From a virus (lineage: Duplodnaviria; Caudoviricetes): 43,531 nt of DNA. Below the pieces are notes generated by a model. The model made no database searches and was not told where the DNA came from. It was given only the letters and a program-made list of their open reading frames with translations. Where the stretch lies: the IMG/VR virus record IMGVR_UViG_3300042923_000110, positions 1-43,531 of that record. The stretch is one strand, 5' to 3'. The position numbers and the translations under genes were made by a program. This document shows positions 42,412 through 43,531 of the stretch, piece after piece. Every line of letters begins with the position of its first letter. The first letter of the stretch is position 1.

Positions 42412-43166
42412 TAAACGACCTCCAATTTCCCAGCGTTTAGGAACTTATTAACAAAGTAGATCTGTCCTTTTGGAGTAATTTTCGTTGTCCTAGTTACAAA
42501 CGTATCTCCTTTAGCTGTAAGTACTGAACTTTTCTTAATCTCCATGATTCCCAAGTCCATGCTGCGCTGCGTAGGTAGGTTGTAACTTTCTCCGGCTATT
42601 TTGCATAAGTAGCCTTGTTCCCTTAACTCTCTAAACAATCTGTTCTGACCAATGTCTACTCCATTTTGCTTTAGTATTTTGGCTAGTTCATTGATTAGGA
42701 TTGACTTGTCGCTACCTGCCACCGAATCAGCAAACAATACTTTAGGCTTCTGTTCTTCCAGCAATGCTTTTGCCTTGATGTGATTTTCTACCTCATTTGC
42801 GTATGCTCTTAATGCTTCTGGGAGGGTTTGTGGGATTTGTGGAACGGTGAGCTGCTTTTCCATTTCTTCAAAGCGAGTAACATAAGTTGCTGTAAACAAA
42901 ATCCCTTTTTCTCCAGTCATTTTATTTGCTACCATGTCGCAACCTTTTTTAGTAATCAAGTAACATGGTAATACTTTCCTTTGATCTGATAGGTAAGTGC
43001 TTTCAATGAAGAAGTCGGTGAGTCCAAAATTGGACTGTCCTAATATTTCCATATAACCTTGAATATCTCTAAGTAAGTGTTTATGTTCCTTACCAACCAT
43101 TTCAGCTACTTGCCTACTGTTTACTACCGCCTGACCGTGTGCATTGATAATTTCTAAATTACTCAT
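42411..43166 (-). CDS. Phage antirepressor (Rha N-terminal + KilAC/ANT C-terminal)
   Basis: SRQVAEMVGKEHKHLLRDI, TKKGCDMVANKMTGEKG, KPKVLFADSV, ITPKGQIYFVNKF. Confidence 0.92.
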   Translation of the reverse strand: MSNLEIINAHGQAVVNSRQVAEMVGKEHKHLLRDIQGYMEILGQSNFGLTDFFIESTYLSDQRKVLPCYLITKKGCDMVANKMTGEKGILFTATYVTRFEEMEKQLTVPQIPQTLPEALRAYANEVENHIKAKALLEEQKPKVLFADSVAGSDKSILINELAKILKQNGVDIGQNRLFRELREQGYLCKIAGESYNLPTQRSMDLGIMEIKKSSVLTAKGDTFVTRTTKITPKGQIYFVNKFLNAGKLEVV

Positions 43167-43169
43167 TTT

Positions 43170-43349
43170 TTAAACCTCCATTTTAATTAGTGGATACTGT
43201 TCTTTTATGTAATTACTTACAGCTAACGAAATGACAGCGTTCTCAGAGATACCTAACTCACTCGCCTTATTTTCTACACCAATTTTCAATTTGTTGGTAA
43301 GACGTAATGAGAACTTTTTCGCTTCGGCTTTTTCACGTTTCAAATTCAT
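43170..43349 (-). CDS. 59-aa RHH regulator in the Cro position (below the ORF-track size cut-off)
   Basis: Hand translation MNLKREKAEAKKFSLRLTNKLKIGVENKASELGISENAVISLAVSNYIKEQYPLIKMEV; SD AAGGAGG. Confidence 0.8.
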   Translation of the reverse strand: MNLKREKAEAKKFSLRLTNKLKIGVENKASELGISENAVISLAVSNYIKEQYPLIKMEV

Positions 43350-43369
43350 CGCCTCCTTTCTATTTGGTA

Positions 43370-43439
43370 TGAATTTGGGGTCAATTTCATTATATACTTA
43401 TATATATAAGAAGTCAATATGAATTTGGGATTAAATTCA
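43370..43439 (-). promoter_or_regulatory. Early lytic promoter bracketed by two 20-bp operators
   Basis: TTGACT(43417-43412)-17-TATAAT(43394-43389); TGAATTT-N6-AA(A/T)TTCA at 43370-43389 and 43420-43439. Confidence 0.8.
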
Positions 43440-43496
43440 GAAATATTTATATTTGTTTGTAAATTACATTTTTGTATTTTTTTATAATATTTACTA

Positions 43497-43525
43497 TTGC
43501 TTAATATTTATTGTTATGATATTAT
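43497..43525 (+). promoter_or_regulatory. Promoter for the regulator at the start of the window
   Basis: TTGCTT-17-TATTAT with TGn extension; predicted start at about the 43531/1 junction. Confidence 0.6.
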
Positions 43526-43531
43526 AATGAC

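Larger units (their letters stand above)
1..43531. mobile_element. Probably complete temperate podovirus-like phage genome (likely phage-plasmid), circularly opened between two divergent regulator genes
   Basis: Full head/tail/lysis/replication/regulation gene set and no host housekeeping genes. The promoter at the extreme right end (43497-43525) points into the gene at position 19-28. ParA cassette present, no integrase recognised. Confidence 0.85.

Noticed and set aside
1-43531. Genome-wide TAG reassignment
   Set aside because: Long genes are intact in the standard code, and many genes (e.g. scaffold, ssb, terS, rusA) end in TAG at their expected C-termini, several directly before the next SD or ATG
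1-43531. tRNA genes, integrase/att sites, IS elements
   Set aside because: No cloverleaf/T-loop signature, recombinase or transposase motif recognised by eye; a tRNAscan and HMM pass would be needed for certainty

Overview
The window looks like a complete, circularly opened ~43.5 kb temperate phage genome, almost entirely on the minus strand. Its virion module is BPP-1/epsilon15-like podovirus: TerS, TerL, portal, scaffold, capsid, cement, adaptor, nozzle, three ejection proteins and a tail spike. It also carries a holin-amidase-spanin-like lysis cassette and a lambdoid early/replication module (Rha-KilAC antirepressor, Gam-like, ERF, SSB, O-like initiator with iterons, DnaB, RusA, ArpU/RinA-like activator). 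Firmicutes-type signals (strong SD sequences, NLQLF motif, sigH-like promoter) together with spanin-like genes suggest a diderm Firmicute (Negativicutes) host; this is inference. I found no integrase and no HTH cI. Instead there is a type Ib-like ParA + RHH partition cassette with three arrays of 11-bp repeats, and a divergent pair of ribbon-helix-helix regulators across the window junction, so the prophage is probably a plasmid. The most striking element is an ORF-free ~850 bp region (5150-6000) next to par. It contains a DnaA box, two overlapping convergent promoters, a ~110-nt three-stem-loop antisense RNA, a terminator/antiterminator switch and a ~460-nt structured non-coding domain. This is a candidate RNA-controlled replicon with no cognate Rep gene. 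All protein calls are from motif recognition by eye, and all RNA pairings were folded by hand; no searches were run.
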